Below the pieces are notes generated by a model that saw nothing but the letters and a program-made list of their open reading frames with translations, ran no database searches and had not been told where the DNA came from. Made by a program: the position numbers and the translations under genes. Source: an uncultured Acidobacteriota bacterium (lineage in GTDB: Bacteria; Acidobacteriota; UBA6911). Taken from it: 64,000 bases of DNA. Numbering within the stretch: the stretch's first letter is position 1; each line of letters begins with the position of its first letter. The DNA is taken from positions 160,001-224,000 of the forward strand of contig CAWEJX010000007.1 of assembly GCA_963809485.1 (NCBI GenBank). The letters are read 5' to 3'. This document shows, piece by piece, positions 10,561 to 20,141 of the stretch.

Positions 10561-11019
10561 ATGGCGAACGATCCCAATAACGAGCTTAAGCTGACAATAG
10601 ACAAGTTTATCTTTCGGTTTCCCAAAACGCTGCTATACAGCGAAGCCGGACTGTGGATCAGGCAAGAGCACGGTTTGCTCCGGATAGGAATATCCGACTT
10701 TACACAGCAGAGAAACGGCGATATCACATTTGCCACCGTGACAGCGGCAGGAACCTCACTGAATGTAGGTGATGAAATAGCCAGTATCGAAACGGTGAAG
10801 GTCATTTTCAGCCTTCCGTCTCCAATGAAGGGTAAAATCGTTGAAGTCAACGCATCCCTCCAGGATTCCCCCGAGCTAATGAACCAGGAACCCTACGGCA
10901 TGGGTTGGATGGTCGTCCTGCAGCCTGAAGACCTGGAACGCGATCGCGCTACACTCATGACAGCCGAGGCATATTCCAATCTGGCCAGACAGCAAGCCGA
11001 AGCTGAACTGAAGTCTTAG
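10561..11019 (+). CDS. GcvH-like lipoyl-carrier protein
   Basis: RIGISDF, EIASIETVK (lipoyl Lys), SPMKGKIVEVN, NQEPYGMGW. Confidence 0.88.
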   Translation: MANDPNNELKLTIDKFIFRFPKTLLYSEAGLWIRQEHGLLRIGISDFTQQRNGDITFATVTAAGTSLNVGDEIASIETVKVIFSLPSPMKGKIVEVNASLQDSPELMNQEPYGMGWMVVLQPEDLERDRATLMTAEAYSNLARQQAEAELKS

Positions 11020-11103
11020 CAACTAATTCAAGTGGATCCGGATTACATTCCGGACAACTTGATTCCAGTCACACCTACAACGATATTGCAGTGAGGTACG
11101 CCG

Positions 11104-11562
11104 ATGGCACGCACCGCAACCTATAACACAACAGTTCAGTGGAAAGGTGAACACTGGGGCCATATCCAAATGGGGAACGGCCCTGAAATGGATTTCTCAG
11201 CCCCGCCGGACGCTCAAGGTCACCCAGGCGTACTCACGCCCGAAGATGCCTTCGTGGCTGCGGTCAACACATGTGTCCTGATGATGTTCATCTGGTCGGC
11301 CGAACGATTTAAATTGGACCTTGTATCTTACGAGTGCTTCGCAGAGGGCACAAAACTGATAGAGCTGGATCGCACTGAAATATTCTCTCAGGTTTTATTG
11401 AAGCCGCGAATCGTGGTGAATTCAGAGCAAACGGACAAGGACGCAGTTTCTAAGAGGCTGCGGAGAGCTATGGACAGCGCGGTGAAGTACAGCCTTGTGG
11501 CAAATTCAATCAAATCAAAGCTTGTCATTGAGCCACAAATTGAAATCGTTTCAAAGCAATAG
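11104..11562 (+). CDS. OsmC/Ohr family protein
   Basis: TPEDAFVAAVNTC; the second-Cys position reads KYSLVANS. Confidence 0.82.
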   Translation: MARTATYNTTVQWKGEHWGHIQMGNGPEMDFSAPPDAQGHPGVLTPEDAFVAAVNTCVLMMFIWSAERFKLDLVSYECFAEGTKLIELDRTEIFSQVLLKPRIVVNSEQTDKDAVSKRLRRAMDSAVKYSLVANSIKSKLVIEPQIEIVSKQ

Positions 11563-11583
11563 ATATGTATAGAAGCGTAATGA

Positions 11584-11883
11584 AAGGAGCTTTCCAGGAT
11601 ATTCGGTCTTTATCCGATCATCGGTATATTTCGGCGCGAATCCGACGAACGGTGGTATTTGTCAACAAAACTCACCTTTGGAACGATATCGGCATTGTAT
11701 GGCTTCTCGCATAATATTGTAACTCAGCAGCAGTATTCTATTCTTGTTGCGGTGGTAATTGGCAGCGCCGTTATTCCCACATTGACTGCCGGGCTTTTCT
11801 TTTTGCCTCGCTATCTTCTGCCCGTGACAGAACAAACGAAGGAATCGATACCTGTTGAAGAGGAGCTAAACGAAGAGGGATAG
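11584..11883 (+). pseudogene. C-terminal fragment of a cation:proton antiporter
   Basis: RIFGLYPII...STKLTFGTISALYG...QYSILVAVVIGSAVIPTL; no proper start. Confidence 0.65.
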
Positions 11884-11967
11884 CAAATCACCCGCATTGC
11901 GGATTGAGGCTGAGCTTTTTGGGCGATGGAATAGGGAACATATGGCGCGACGGGCACATTCGTTTTT

Positions 11968-12897
11968 CTAGCCTGCAAAATATTCTCTGATGTAGCTTAT
12001 TGCCAGGAACAACAACATAACCACCAACATCACTTTAATAAATCTCTGCGGCATGTATTTCTGAAGCCGGGCTCCGCAATACATCCCCACCATGCCGCCC
12101 AGGCCGAAAAGAATTCCAAGCAGCCAGTCGGGAGAGGTGGAGATGCCTTGTTTCAACGGCACAAAGGTGTAGAAAAGGACGCCGGCCATTGAGGTCAGAA
12201 AAGTTCCAAAGAGCGCTGCGCCGGCAATCATGTAAACCGGAAGGCCCAGGAAAGCCACGCAAAAAGGTGCGATTATCGAGCCTCCTCCAATTCCGTATGC
12301 GCCTCCGACGATGCCCACAAGAAATGCCATAACCAGCATTTTGGGAGTGGCGAAGGAAAAGCTGTTCCCGCAGAATTCATATTCCGTCTTCTTTGCCGAG
12401 AAGGAGATGGTTCGGAGATTCACCGGAATTCCAATCATCCGGGCTATGCTTGGGACTTCGTTCTGCCCAATATCTCCGCCATTTTTGGCCTTCGTCATGG
12501 CATCCAGCGCAAGTCGCACGCCCACATATAGGAGAACGCAGGCGACAAACAATCTGAATGATCGAGGATCTGGGAGATATACAACCCGAAAATAGTAGCC
12601 CAGGAATATCCCCGGAAGAGTTGATAAAGCCAGGAGCCAGGCAAGATGCCATGCCATGCGTCCTTCACGGATATAGCGATAGACGCCGCTCGGAATGGCC
12701 ACAATGTTATAGACGAAATTGGTAGCGCTGACGGATGGGGTAACGAAATGCAGATAACTGATCTGAAATGGCAACAGGAGAAAGGCTCCGGAAACTCCTC
12801 CCATCGAGGCAAAGAAGGAAACCACAAAAGCCACGAGAGGCGGAAGGAAAACCCAGGTCGTCACTCCGGATACCGGAAAGCTTATTTGCAGATCCAT
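11968..12897 (-). CDS. TauE/SafE sulfite-exporter family protein
   Basis: SMGGVSGAFLLLP and GAYGIGGGSIIAP repeats, multiple TM segments. Confidence 0.9.
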   Translation of the reverse strand: MDLQISFPVSGVTTWVFLPPLVAFVVSFFASMGGVSGAFLLLPFQISYLHFVTPSVSATNFVYNIVAIPSGVYRYIREGRMAWHLAWLLALSTLPGIFLGYYFRVVYLPDPRSFRLFVACVLLYVGVRLALDAMTKAKNGGDIGQNEVPSIARMIGIPVNLRTISFSAKKTEYEFCGNSFSFATPKMLVMAFLVGIVGGAYGIGGGSIIAPFCVAFLGLPVYMIAGAALFGTFLTSMAGVLFYTFVPLKQGISTSPDWLLGILFGLGGMVGMYCGARLQKYMPQRFIKVMLVVMLLFLAISYIREYFAG

Positions 12898-12958
12898 TCA
12901 TTCCCCCGAGAATTTGTCCCCGTTCAGTTTTTCCGCGGCAGGCTCAGATTAAACCGCT

Positions 12959-13753
12959 TTATAGAGGGCTCTTTTGCCTGATTGCCTCCAGTACTCCAAG
13001 CGCAATTCGCCTCGGCCGCTCCGCGATACCAGTAGTTTTCGATGGTTCACCGCGAGGATCCACTTCGATGACTTTGGCTTTCTGTGCCACCGGCACTCCG
13101 TCGTGCGTAAGCCCGCGAATTATTCCGCTGATTGGGGCATGCAGAATGGAATCTCCAATATTGGCAACCTTCTGACCCGCTGTAACCCTATCGCCGATCC
13201 GGCATGTCGTCTGAAAGACGCCGGCGACTGGTGCATATATATAGCGATCTCGAGCGTGTCCTGCTATTGTCTGCGGTTCACCCTCTAATGGGCGGGTTGC
13301 TCCCTGCCATAGAACCTTTCCTAGCGCCTCGTTCCATCCGGTTTCCACGGCAGCATGGACTGTTTCTCCGGCAATGAAATTGGGGCCCAGGCCCACGGTG
13401 AATGGCGCCAGGGTAATCTGTATCTCGGGCTGTTCATGCTTTTTCATCCTGGCATCCACTAATACATCAGGCCTAATAGAAGAAATCAGAGTTGCCAAAT
13501 CGATCGAGACTATAGGTATGAGGGCATGCAACGCCATGTGTGCGGTGATTTCGGAGAGATCGGTCATATACTTGGCGTTCACTCCCTCCAGCACGGCAAC
13601 GCCATCGAATATCGCATCGCAAAAGGCCATTTTGCGTCGAGTAGCCGTTGGCTGCGCCGAATCATGAATGAAGACCGCATATCCAGCTCTAAATAGCATA
13701 TGCGCAACAGCAGACCCGACATCACCACTTCCACATACAAGAATTGTTTTCAT
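12959..13753 (-). CDS. yqeB: YqeB-like selenium-dependent molybdenum hydroxylase accessory protein
   Basis: GSGDVGSAVA, RRKMAF, VDARMKK, GLGPNFIAG, IEVDPRG; start placed at MKTIL. Confidence 0.82.
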   Translation of the reverse strand: MKTILVCGSGDVGSAVAHMLFRAGYAVFIHDSAQPTATRRKMAFCDAIFDGVAVLEGVNAKYMTDLSEITAHMALHALIPIVSIDLATLISSIRPDVLVDARMKKHEQPEIQITLAPFTVGLGPNFIAGETVHAAVETGWNEALGKVLWQGATRPLEGEPQTIAGHARDRYIYAPVAGVFQTTCRIGDRVTAGQKVANIGDSILHAPISGIIRGLTHDGVPVAQKAKVIEVDPRGEPSKTTGIAERPRRIALGVLEAIRQKSPL

Positions 13754-13755
13754 AT

Positions 13756-13898
13756 CAGTGCTGTCCAAATTGGCCCATTGGAAGCAGAGGGCTCATTGAA
13801 AGCATTCAACTCGTGGCTCATGAAGTGCCCCTGCAAGGACGAGGTTGGCACCAAGCCCCGGCAGGGGCGGAAATCGAAAGCTAATTTGGACAAGAGTG
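13756..13898. mobile_element. MITE, short copy, with a 9-bp target duplication
   Basis: Ends CAGTGCTGTCCAAATT / AATTTGGACAAGAGTG; TTTTCATAT on both flanks; 114/118 identical to the reverse complement of 27509-27626. Confidence 0.85.
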
Positions 13899-13932
13899 TT
13901 TTCATATGGCAACATCATAAGCCGTCAATTCA

Positions 13933-14505
13933 TTAATCATGAGGAATCCGGAACAGTGCACCCTCTGGGAGTCCGACTATAACTCCGGTCTGACCGTTCG
14001 CAAAGCCAAAAGCTTCAACCGTTCGCTGAGCTGCAAAGAGCTCAAGCACAAGCGGCGACGATTCATGACTAAATTGGATGAGCCATCTTCCTCTGAAATC
14101 AAACAGCCGAATCTGCCCGGTCAACAGGTGCTCATCAGGCTTTGGGGGATGAGCCTCATCGCCCAAATTCACATGCTCTGCAAGAATGCCCACAGTCACG
14201 GCAGATGATGCTGCCGGATCATTCCCCGATTTTGGGAAGCGTGCCGTCAAGCCTATCGTTGGACAATTGACTATCAGAGAATCGTTATCCCGGCCAACTA
14301 CAATTCCATCCCACAAATTGCTTATTCCAAGAAAACGGGCGACCGCATTTGTGGCCGGGCGGCTGTACACTTCAGCCTTATGACCCGTCTGTTTGATTTC
14401 TCCATCAATTAGGATGCTGATCGTATCAGCCAGAAAATAGGCTTCCGTCAGATTATGAGTGACGAGCAGCACCGTGAGTCCATGCCGGGTTTGCAGTTCC
14501 CGCAT
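13933..14505 (-). pseudogene. C-terminal half of an ABC ATPase (ModC/TupC/CysA-like)
   Basis: H-loop LLVTHNLTEA and RPATNAVARFLG present; Walker A/B missing. Confidence 0.75.
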
Positions 14506-14514
14506 GAGCCACCA

Positions 14515-14675
14515 TAGCCGGTCACTGCCACCTCGACCCTAATTCCGGTCTCGGATTCAAATCTCTTTTGTGTTTCACCCCAAAGGGGAGTCATGGTCAT
14601 GCCCCCAATAACGGCAATCCGCATCGGCTTTGATTCCAGGGCGAAAAGAATTACTGCGGCAACACCTGCAATCAT
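14515..14675 (-). pseudogene. N-terminal fragment of an oxyanion (TupA-like) substrate-binding protein
   Basis: RIAVIGGMTMTPLW...RFESETGIRVEVAVTG, then an abrupt join to the ATPase fragment. Confidence 0.5.
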
Positions 14676-14794
14676 TAACCGGTTACGCGTGCATAGCTTT
14701 TCAGATATGGAACAGAATACAAACTTAGCTCTCGCAGACGCCCTTACGCAGGACTTGACAAGCAGAAGGACTGCCAGAATGCATTCCCTCCAGC

Positions 14795-15530
14795 CTACAC
14801 TCTCACAATCTCACCGGTCTCACTTGCATCATAACCGGGAAGCTCACTGATTAATCGACGATGCGGCCGGCTTTGCAGCAATCGGATCAGCCCAAGTATG
14901 CGCGGATCACGTGCCAGGACTTCGGAGTAGCAGATATCCAACATCTCTGTGCGCACGGGCACGAAATGCAGTCCGGCGTTCTCAGCTGTCAGTTGCACGC
15001 AGACGCCGGCTGAGGCCCAGCCCGCCCGTACCGCTTCCGCTACCGCAATATGACCATGGACAGGCTTTCCGGAGGCCGGTTGGCCGCCGAGCAATTCATC
15101 AAGGCATTCCCGTGCCGCTGAGCCCTGTTCACGAAGAGCCCATTGCCGGCATCGCCGAACGATGGTCGATGGAGTGTGCGACCGATCCCTGACCGGTATT
15201 GCTAAGCCCTCCTGCCATTTTGCAGCACGAAGCAGACGATAATTGCCACCCAGTCGCTCCCGGACCGTTTCAAGATTTCTTCCGGGATGTTTAGAAGTTG
15301 AGCGATGCAATCCTGCCAGGTATACCAGGCCTCGTTTCAATAATTCCAGAGCTGCACCCCCGCCACGCTCAATCACAAGCAGGCGAAATCCGGTATCTCT
15401 TTCGTACTCCGAGGCGAGAAGCCCGGCCGCCGGATCGAAACAAGCCAGCACCAGCGCTTCCTCTGCCATCGCCCCGCCGGAGTCATGTGCGGCGCCTCTC
15501 TGCCAGACGCCATCGTGTGGAGTGTCATTC
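14795..15530 (-). pseudogene. PBP (molybdate-binding-like) regulator domain lacking its usual N-terminal HTH
   Basis: LVLACFDPAAGLL, REQGSAARECLD, GHIAVAEAVRAGWA, LPGYDASETG. Confidence 0.65.
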
Positions 15531-15763
15531 AGCCAGATGCCGGAGCGGTTTTGGGATGCAACCCGGAAAATGGCCCGCCGCACGGTTGGCAAGCATGGAC
15601 CTTTCGTGTTGGGGCGAATGATGCTAGGCTCATGATCATGGCAGGATATCGGATTTTCGTTCAGCATTTTGGGGGAAGCAAATTACAGTTGGTTTCGAGA
15701 CGGCGAGGATTGAGTCGAAATTTTGACAACATCAGTTTTCTTCTTTTGTACGACTGATAGGGA

Positions 15764-16375
15764 ATGAACGTGAAGAAATCACCGGAGCGACCGATTTCGT
15801 CTGAAACATGTGTTCAATGGCAGGAAGTGCTTCAAAAGCGACACATTATCGCAGCTGTCCGAAACCTGGAAGCTTTAGCAGCAGCCGCAAAATCGGTAAC
15901 TGAGACTGTCTATCTCCTCTTTGGAAACCCATTAAATGTCGCAGATCTCCTCCAATCTCTGCGAAAACAAGGAAAACTCCCACTGGTTAATCTTGATCTA
16001 TTAACAGGGTTTTCCCGGGATGCCATTAATGCCGAATACTTGGCATTTTGCGGCGCTGCCGGAATTGTATCTACTCATCACGAGGTAATTCGAGCGGCTC
16101 ATAAGCGAGGTTTAATTGCTGTTCAGCGCACCTTTGCGTTGGATTCATCCGCCATCGAAGCAGGACTTCGGGCTTTAAGTCAGTTCGTCCCCGATGCAGT
16201 AGAGATACTCCCGGCGGTAGCGGCGCCACGAGTTGTAGCCCGTTTTCGGGAGGCGCACCCTCAGCTTCGTATAATAGCGGGGGGGCTGATCTCCGATTTG
16301 AAGGAAGTTGAGTATTTGCTGGGAACCGGTATCGACGCAGTCTCAGTAAGCGATCCCCGCTTTTGGATCGCGTGA
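15764..16375 (+). CDS. glpP: Glycerol-3-phosphate-responsive antiterminator GlpP
   Basis: IIAAVR, QRTFALDS, PDAVEILP, IIAGGLI. Confidence 0.9.
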   Translation: MNVKKSPERPISSETCVQWQEVLQKRHIIAAVRNLEALAAAAKSVTETVYLLFGNPLNVADLLQSLRKQGKLPLVNLDLLTGFSRDAINAEYLAFCGAAGIVSTHHEVIRAAHKRGLIAVQRTFALDSSAIEAGLRALSQFVPDAVEILPAVAAPRVVARFREAHPQLRIIAGGLISDLKEVEYLLGTGIDAVSVSDPRFWIA

Positions 16376-16737
16376 GCTTCATTCGCGGGTGACAGTATTG
16401 GGAATTACCTTCTGTATTCAGACTCTTAAAACCTGTTTAGCCCTCCCAAACTTGAACGCCTTTCCAATCTTCGGGAACTGCAAATGAAATCATAGGAAAA
16501 ACATAGATCGGCGCCTTAGTTCACGAGCACCCGCAAATTATCGAACTGCGCCTCAACAGCCTGCAGAGCATCGATACTAGCGTGAGTGTCTATAAGGACC
16601 AGATAGCACATACCTGCCTCCTCCAGATGGTTGTCCCCCTGGTGCCCGGGGACGCGAAGCGCTAATTCCCTATTGGGGATTCCAAAAAACCCATGATTTC
16701 TTGGGTGTTGCTTCGGCTGCTTATTTGGTATTACAGG

Positions 16738-18396
16738 TCAGAGGCTTGCCCAAAGCTTCCGCTCTTCACCTCCAGGATCGTTCACTAGCTCGCACACATG
16801 GTCAAACACCATTGTCGCGCGTTCCGCGGTAGTATAGGCTGGCCAATTCGGCAGTCCTTTGTGGTTGGGATTGCCGCTGCGCGCAAACTGAATCCATGAT
16901 TCGCTCGTCTTGGCCGCCAGCGCCTTCACCTCGGGACCGCCGGTTGTCATTACCTTCGGGATGTCGGTATTGTCAAATACGAACGGGATCTCTACTGTAT
17001 GCGGCGCCCCCATCCTTCCGCCGAGCGCCGGTGAGCGCCAAGCAAATAGGTACATGTATACCGCAGATTTACCCTGAGCATATTTGCGTTCCGCCAGCCT
17101 GATCGAGCTCATTCTCATCCCACGGTCGGTACTTGCCAAAAAGTAAATTTCACTTGGGCTCTTGCCCGGATGCGCTTTCTTATAGGTATCGATCACGCGC
17201 ATTGCGTTCGCCTCACCGGCCAGTGCCACGATCCGCTTACGAAGCCCCTCTTCGTCCAAGTTGAATGCCTCGTCATCTCTTCCAAGGGCCATGAAAGACT
17301 GCTCGTGCTTTGTGCAGCCTGCCAAAATTGGAATCGCCGCAGATATCGGGCTAGCCACCGGATCGAAGGGGTGTGTTGGAAGGATCTTTCCATCCACAAC
17401 CGGCGCAAACGCAAATCCGGAAAGACCTCCGGTGGACCCCGTAGCTTGACGTTTTGACATATCCGCCATCGCCGACAGCAGACGGCTTACTGGAACGTTT
17501 TGCAGCTCGTCGACACGGTTCGGCGAAATTCCCAACTCGGCCATGAAAGCCCTCGCCGTTTTGTCGGCATCCTCGCGTTCATTTGCGCGCAGGTTTGCGC
17601 CGCTCTGGATGGCCGCACGATGGAACAGTCCCTTTGCAGCCGGCATGGCAAGCAACGAGCATACCTTGGCGCCGCCGCCCGATTCACCGAAGATCATAAC
17701 CTTGCCCGGATCGCCCCCGAAATTGGCTATATTGTCGTGCACCCATTGAAGACCTTGGACCAAGTCCAGCATTCCGACATTTCCCGAAGCAGCATACTTT
17801 TCCCCGCCTACGTCGCCAAGATGGCAATAGCCGAACAGGTTCAGACGATGGTTGATAGTGACTACGACCACGTCGCCGCGGCGCGAAAGCGATTCGCCAT
17901 AAACCCACGGCCAGGTACCGCTCTCCTGAAAGAATCCGCCGCCATGACACCAGAACATCACCGGTCGTTTCGCATTAACGTTGGGACCTGGTGTCCAGAC
18001 GTTCAGATAAAGGCAGTCTTCGTCGTATCCTTCCACTGAAGCATCGGCCTGCGGCGCGAGCACGTCCGTGTAACGCATGTTTTGTGGCGACTGGTGGCCG
18101 AATTTGAAAGCATCGCGCACACCGGTCCAAGGAATCGGCTTCGCCGGAGGCATGAAGCGCAGTTTCCCGCCGGTGGGAGCGCCATATTGAATTCCTATAA
18201 ATGCATGAATCCCGTTATGCCCTAATCCCCTTACTTTTCCTGCGGTTGTCTCAACGATCGCCCCTGCCGACGCATTCTGCGCAAAGGACCCAAGGTTGAG
18301 ACAAGAACACGCTGCGCCGGCTGCAATGCCTGCCCCTGCACTCTTTAAAAACGCGCGGCGGCTCGTTTGGCATTTGTCTATTCTGATGGTATTCAC
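16738..18396 (-). CDS. Type-B carboxylesterase, Tat-exported
   Basis: SRRAFLK, EDCLYLNVW, HGGG, FGESGGG. Confidence 0.93.
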   Translation of the reverse strand: MNTIRIDKCQTSRRAFLKSAGAGIAAGAACSCLNLGSFAQNASAGAIVETTAGKVRGLGHNGIHAFIGIQYGAPTGGKLRFMPPAKPIPWTGVRDAFKFGHQSPQNMRYTDVLAPQADASVEGYDEDCLYLNVWTPGPNVNAKRPVMFWCHGGGFFQESGTWPWVYGESLSRRGDVVVVTINHRLNLFGYCHLGDVGGEKYAASGNVGMLDLVQGLQWVHDNIANFGGDPGKVMIFGESGGGAKVCSLLAMPAAKGLFHRAAIQSGANLRANEREDADKTARAFMAELGISPNRVDELQNVPVSRLLSAMADMSKRQATGSTGGLSGFAFAPVVDGKILPTHPFDPVASPISAAIPILAGCTKHEQSFMALGRDDEAFNLDEEGLRKRIVALAGEANAMRVIDTYKKAHPGKSPSEIYFLASTDRGMRMSSIRLAERKYAQGKSAVYMYLFAWRSPALGGRMGAPHTVEIPFVFDNTDIPKVMTTGGPEVKALAAKTSESWIQFARSGNPNHKGLPNWPAYTTAERATMVFDHVCELVNDPGGEERKLWASL

Positions 18397-18527
18397 GTGG
18401 TTCTCCTTTCATCAAATATAGCGCTCATCCTGTGAGAGCAAACATGCAATTGATGCAATGGGACTGGTTCTCAGTTGTACATGCATCTATCATTTGGATG
18501 GGGCTCACCGCTACCTCCTTGAAGTGA

Positions 18528-20045
18528 TTACGCTGTGGTCGATGATTCATCCAGCCAGTCGAAGGTACGGGTCACGGCTTTTTTCCATGACCGATACATC
18601 GACTCGCGTTTCCGGCCTTCCATTCCAGGGGTCCAAGTTTTGTTGACAGACCAATGGGAACAGAGTTCCTCGACATTCCTGTACAGACCAATCGCTAATC
18701 CGGCAGCGTACGCCGCTCCCAATGCGGTAGTCTCCTTGATGGAAGGCCTGACAACGGGTTTATTCAGTATGTCCGCCTGAAACTGCATCAGCAACTCATT
18801 CTCGATCATCCCGCCATCCGTGCGCAGCACATCCAGCGTGATCCCGGAATCCTTCTCCATGGCTTCGACTATCTCGCGGGTCTGAAATGCGGTTGCCTCC
18901 AGAACAGCTCGAGCGAGATGTCCCTTCGCCGCATACTGCGTCAGCCCGGCGATCACCCCCCGTGCATTGGCCTCCCAATAGGGCGCAAAAAGGCCCGAAA
19001 AAGCCGGCACGAAATAAACGCCGCCGTTATCGTCGACTGTCTTCGCCAACGCCTCCACTTCCGAACTGGTTCGTATCAGGCCCAGGTTATCCCGTAGCCA
19101 TTGCACCAGCGCGCCGGCGATCGCGACACTGCCCTCAAGGGCATAATGCGCGGATTGATTCCCCAACTGGTATGCGACAGTTGTGACCAGCCCATGCCGG
19201 GACTGCACCGCATGAGGGCCGGTATTCAGGAGCAGGAAACAACCGGTTCCGTAAGTATTCTTCGCCTGTCCGGGCTTAAAGCAGGTTTGTCCTACAAGAG
19301 CAGCCTGCTGATCGCCCAAATCACCAGCAATAGGCACATCGCGTATGCCGGCGACCTGGGCGTAGCCGTAGATTTCACTGCTTGACCGGATGCGTGGCAG
19401 CATGGGTCGCGGAATTTCAAGCACATTCAATATTTGTTCATCCCAATCGAGTGATTGAAGATTCATCAGTTGAGTACGGCTGGCGTTTGTGACATCGGTC
19501 AAATGAATGCCGGACTGCGCTCCCCCGGTCAGATTCCAGATGAGAAAACTATCGATGTTGCCGAACAGCAGGTCTCCGCTTTCGGCCAACTCCCTGGCGC
19601 CAGGGATATGTTCCAGAATCCAGCGAATCTTCAAGCCACTAAAATAAGTGGCGAGAGGCAGACCGGTCTGCGCCCGAAAGCGGTCCTGGCCGCCATCCCT
19701 GGCAAATTCGGAAACATACTCGGACGTGCGGGTATCCTGCCACACAATGGCGTTGTAAACGGCTTTACCGGTTTTGCGATTCCAGACGACGGTGGTTTCG
19801 CGCTGGTTGGTTATCCCGATCCCAGCCAGTTCGGTGCCTGAAATGCCGACTTGTTGCAGGGCCTGGCCGACTACTTCCACGGTCCGTTGCCAGATCTCTT
19901 CAGGATTGTGCTCGACCCATCCCGGCCGAGGGTATATCTGTTCGTGTTCCTTTTGAGCAATGCTTACAATCCGCCCGAGATCATCAAATAGAATAAAGCG
20001 AGTACTCGTAGTCCCCTGATCGATCGCTCCGATGTATTTCGTCAT
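18528..20045 (-). CDS. glpK: Glycerol kinase
   Basis: [32 protein letters not shown]. Confidence 0.97.
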   Translation of the reverse strand: MTKYIGAIDQGTTSTRFILFDDLGRIVSIAQKEHEQIYPRPGWVEHNPEEIWQRTVEVVGQALQQVGISGTELAGIGITNQRETTVVWNRKTGKAVYNAIVWQDTRTSEYVSEFARDGGQDRFRAQTGLPLATYFSGLKIRWILEHIPGARELAESGDLLFGNIDSFLIWNLTGGAQSGIHLTDVTNASRTQLMNLQSLDWDEQILNVLEIPRPMLPRIRSSSEIYGYAQVAGIRDVPIAGDLGDQQAALVGQTCFKPGQAKNTYGTGCFLLLNTGPHAVQSRHGLVTTVAYQLGNQSAHYALEGSVAIAGALVQWLRDNLGLIRTSSEVEALAKTVDDNGGVYFVPAFSGLFAPYWEANARGVIAGLTQYAAKGHLARAVLEATAFQTREIVEAMEKDSGITLDVLRTDGGMIENELLMQFQADILNKPVVRPSIKETTALGAAYAAGLAIGLYRNVEELCSHWSVNKTWTPGMEGRKRESMYRSWKKAVTRTFDWLDESSTTA

Positions 20046-20141
20046 AGAGTCACCTCGGAAATATCCAGGCATGGCGCGATTGCTATTGCAGGTTTCATTT
20101 TCCCCACCATGCCGCACTTACACTTTTAAATAGCGGACAAT

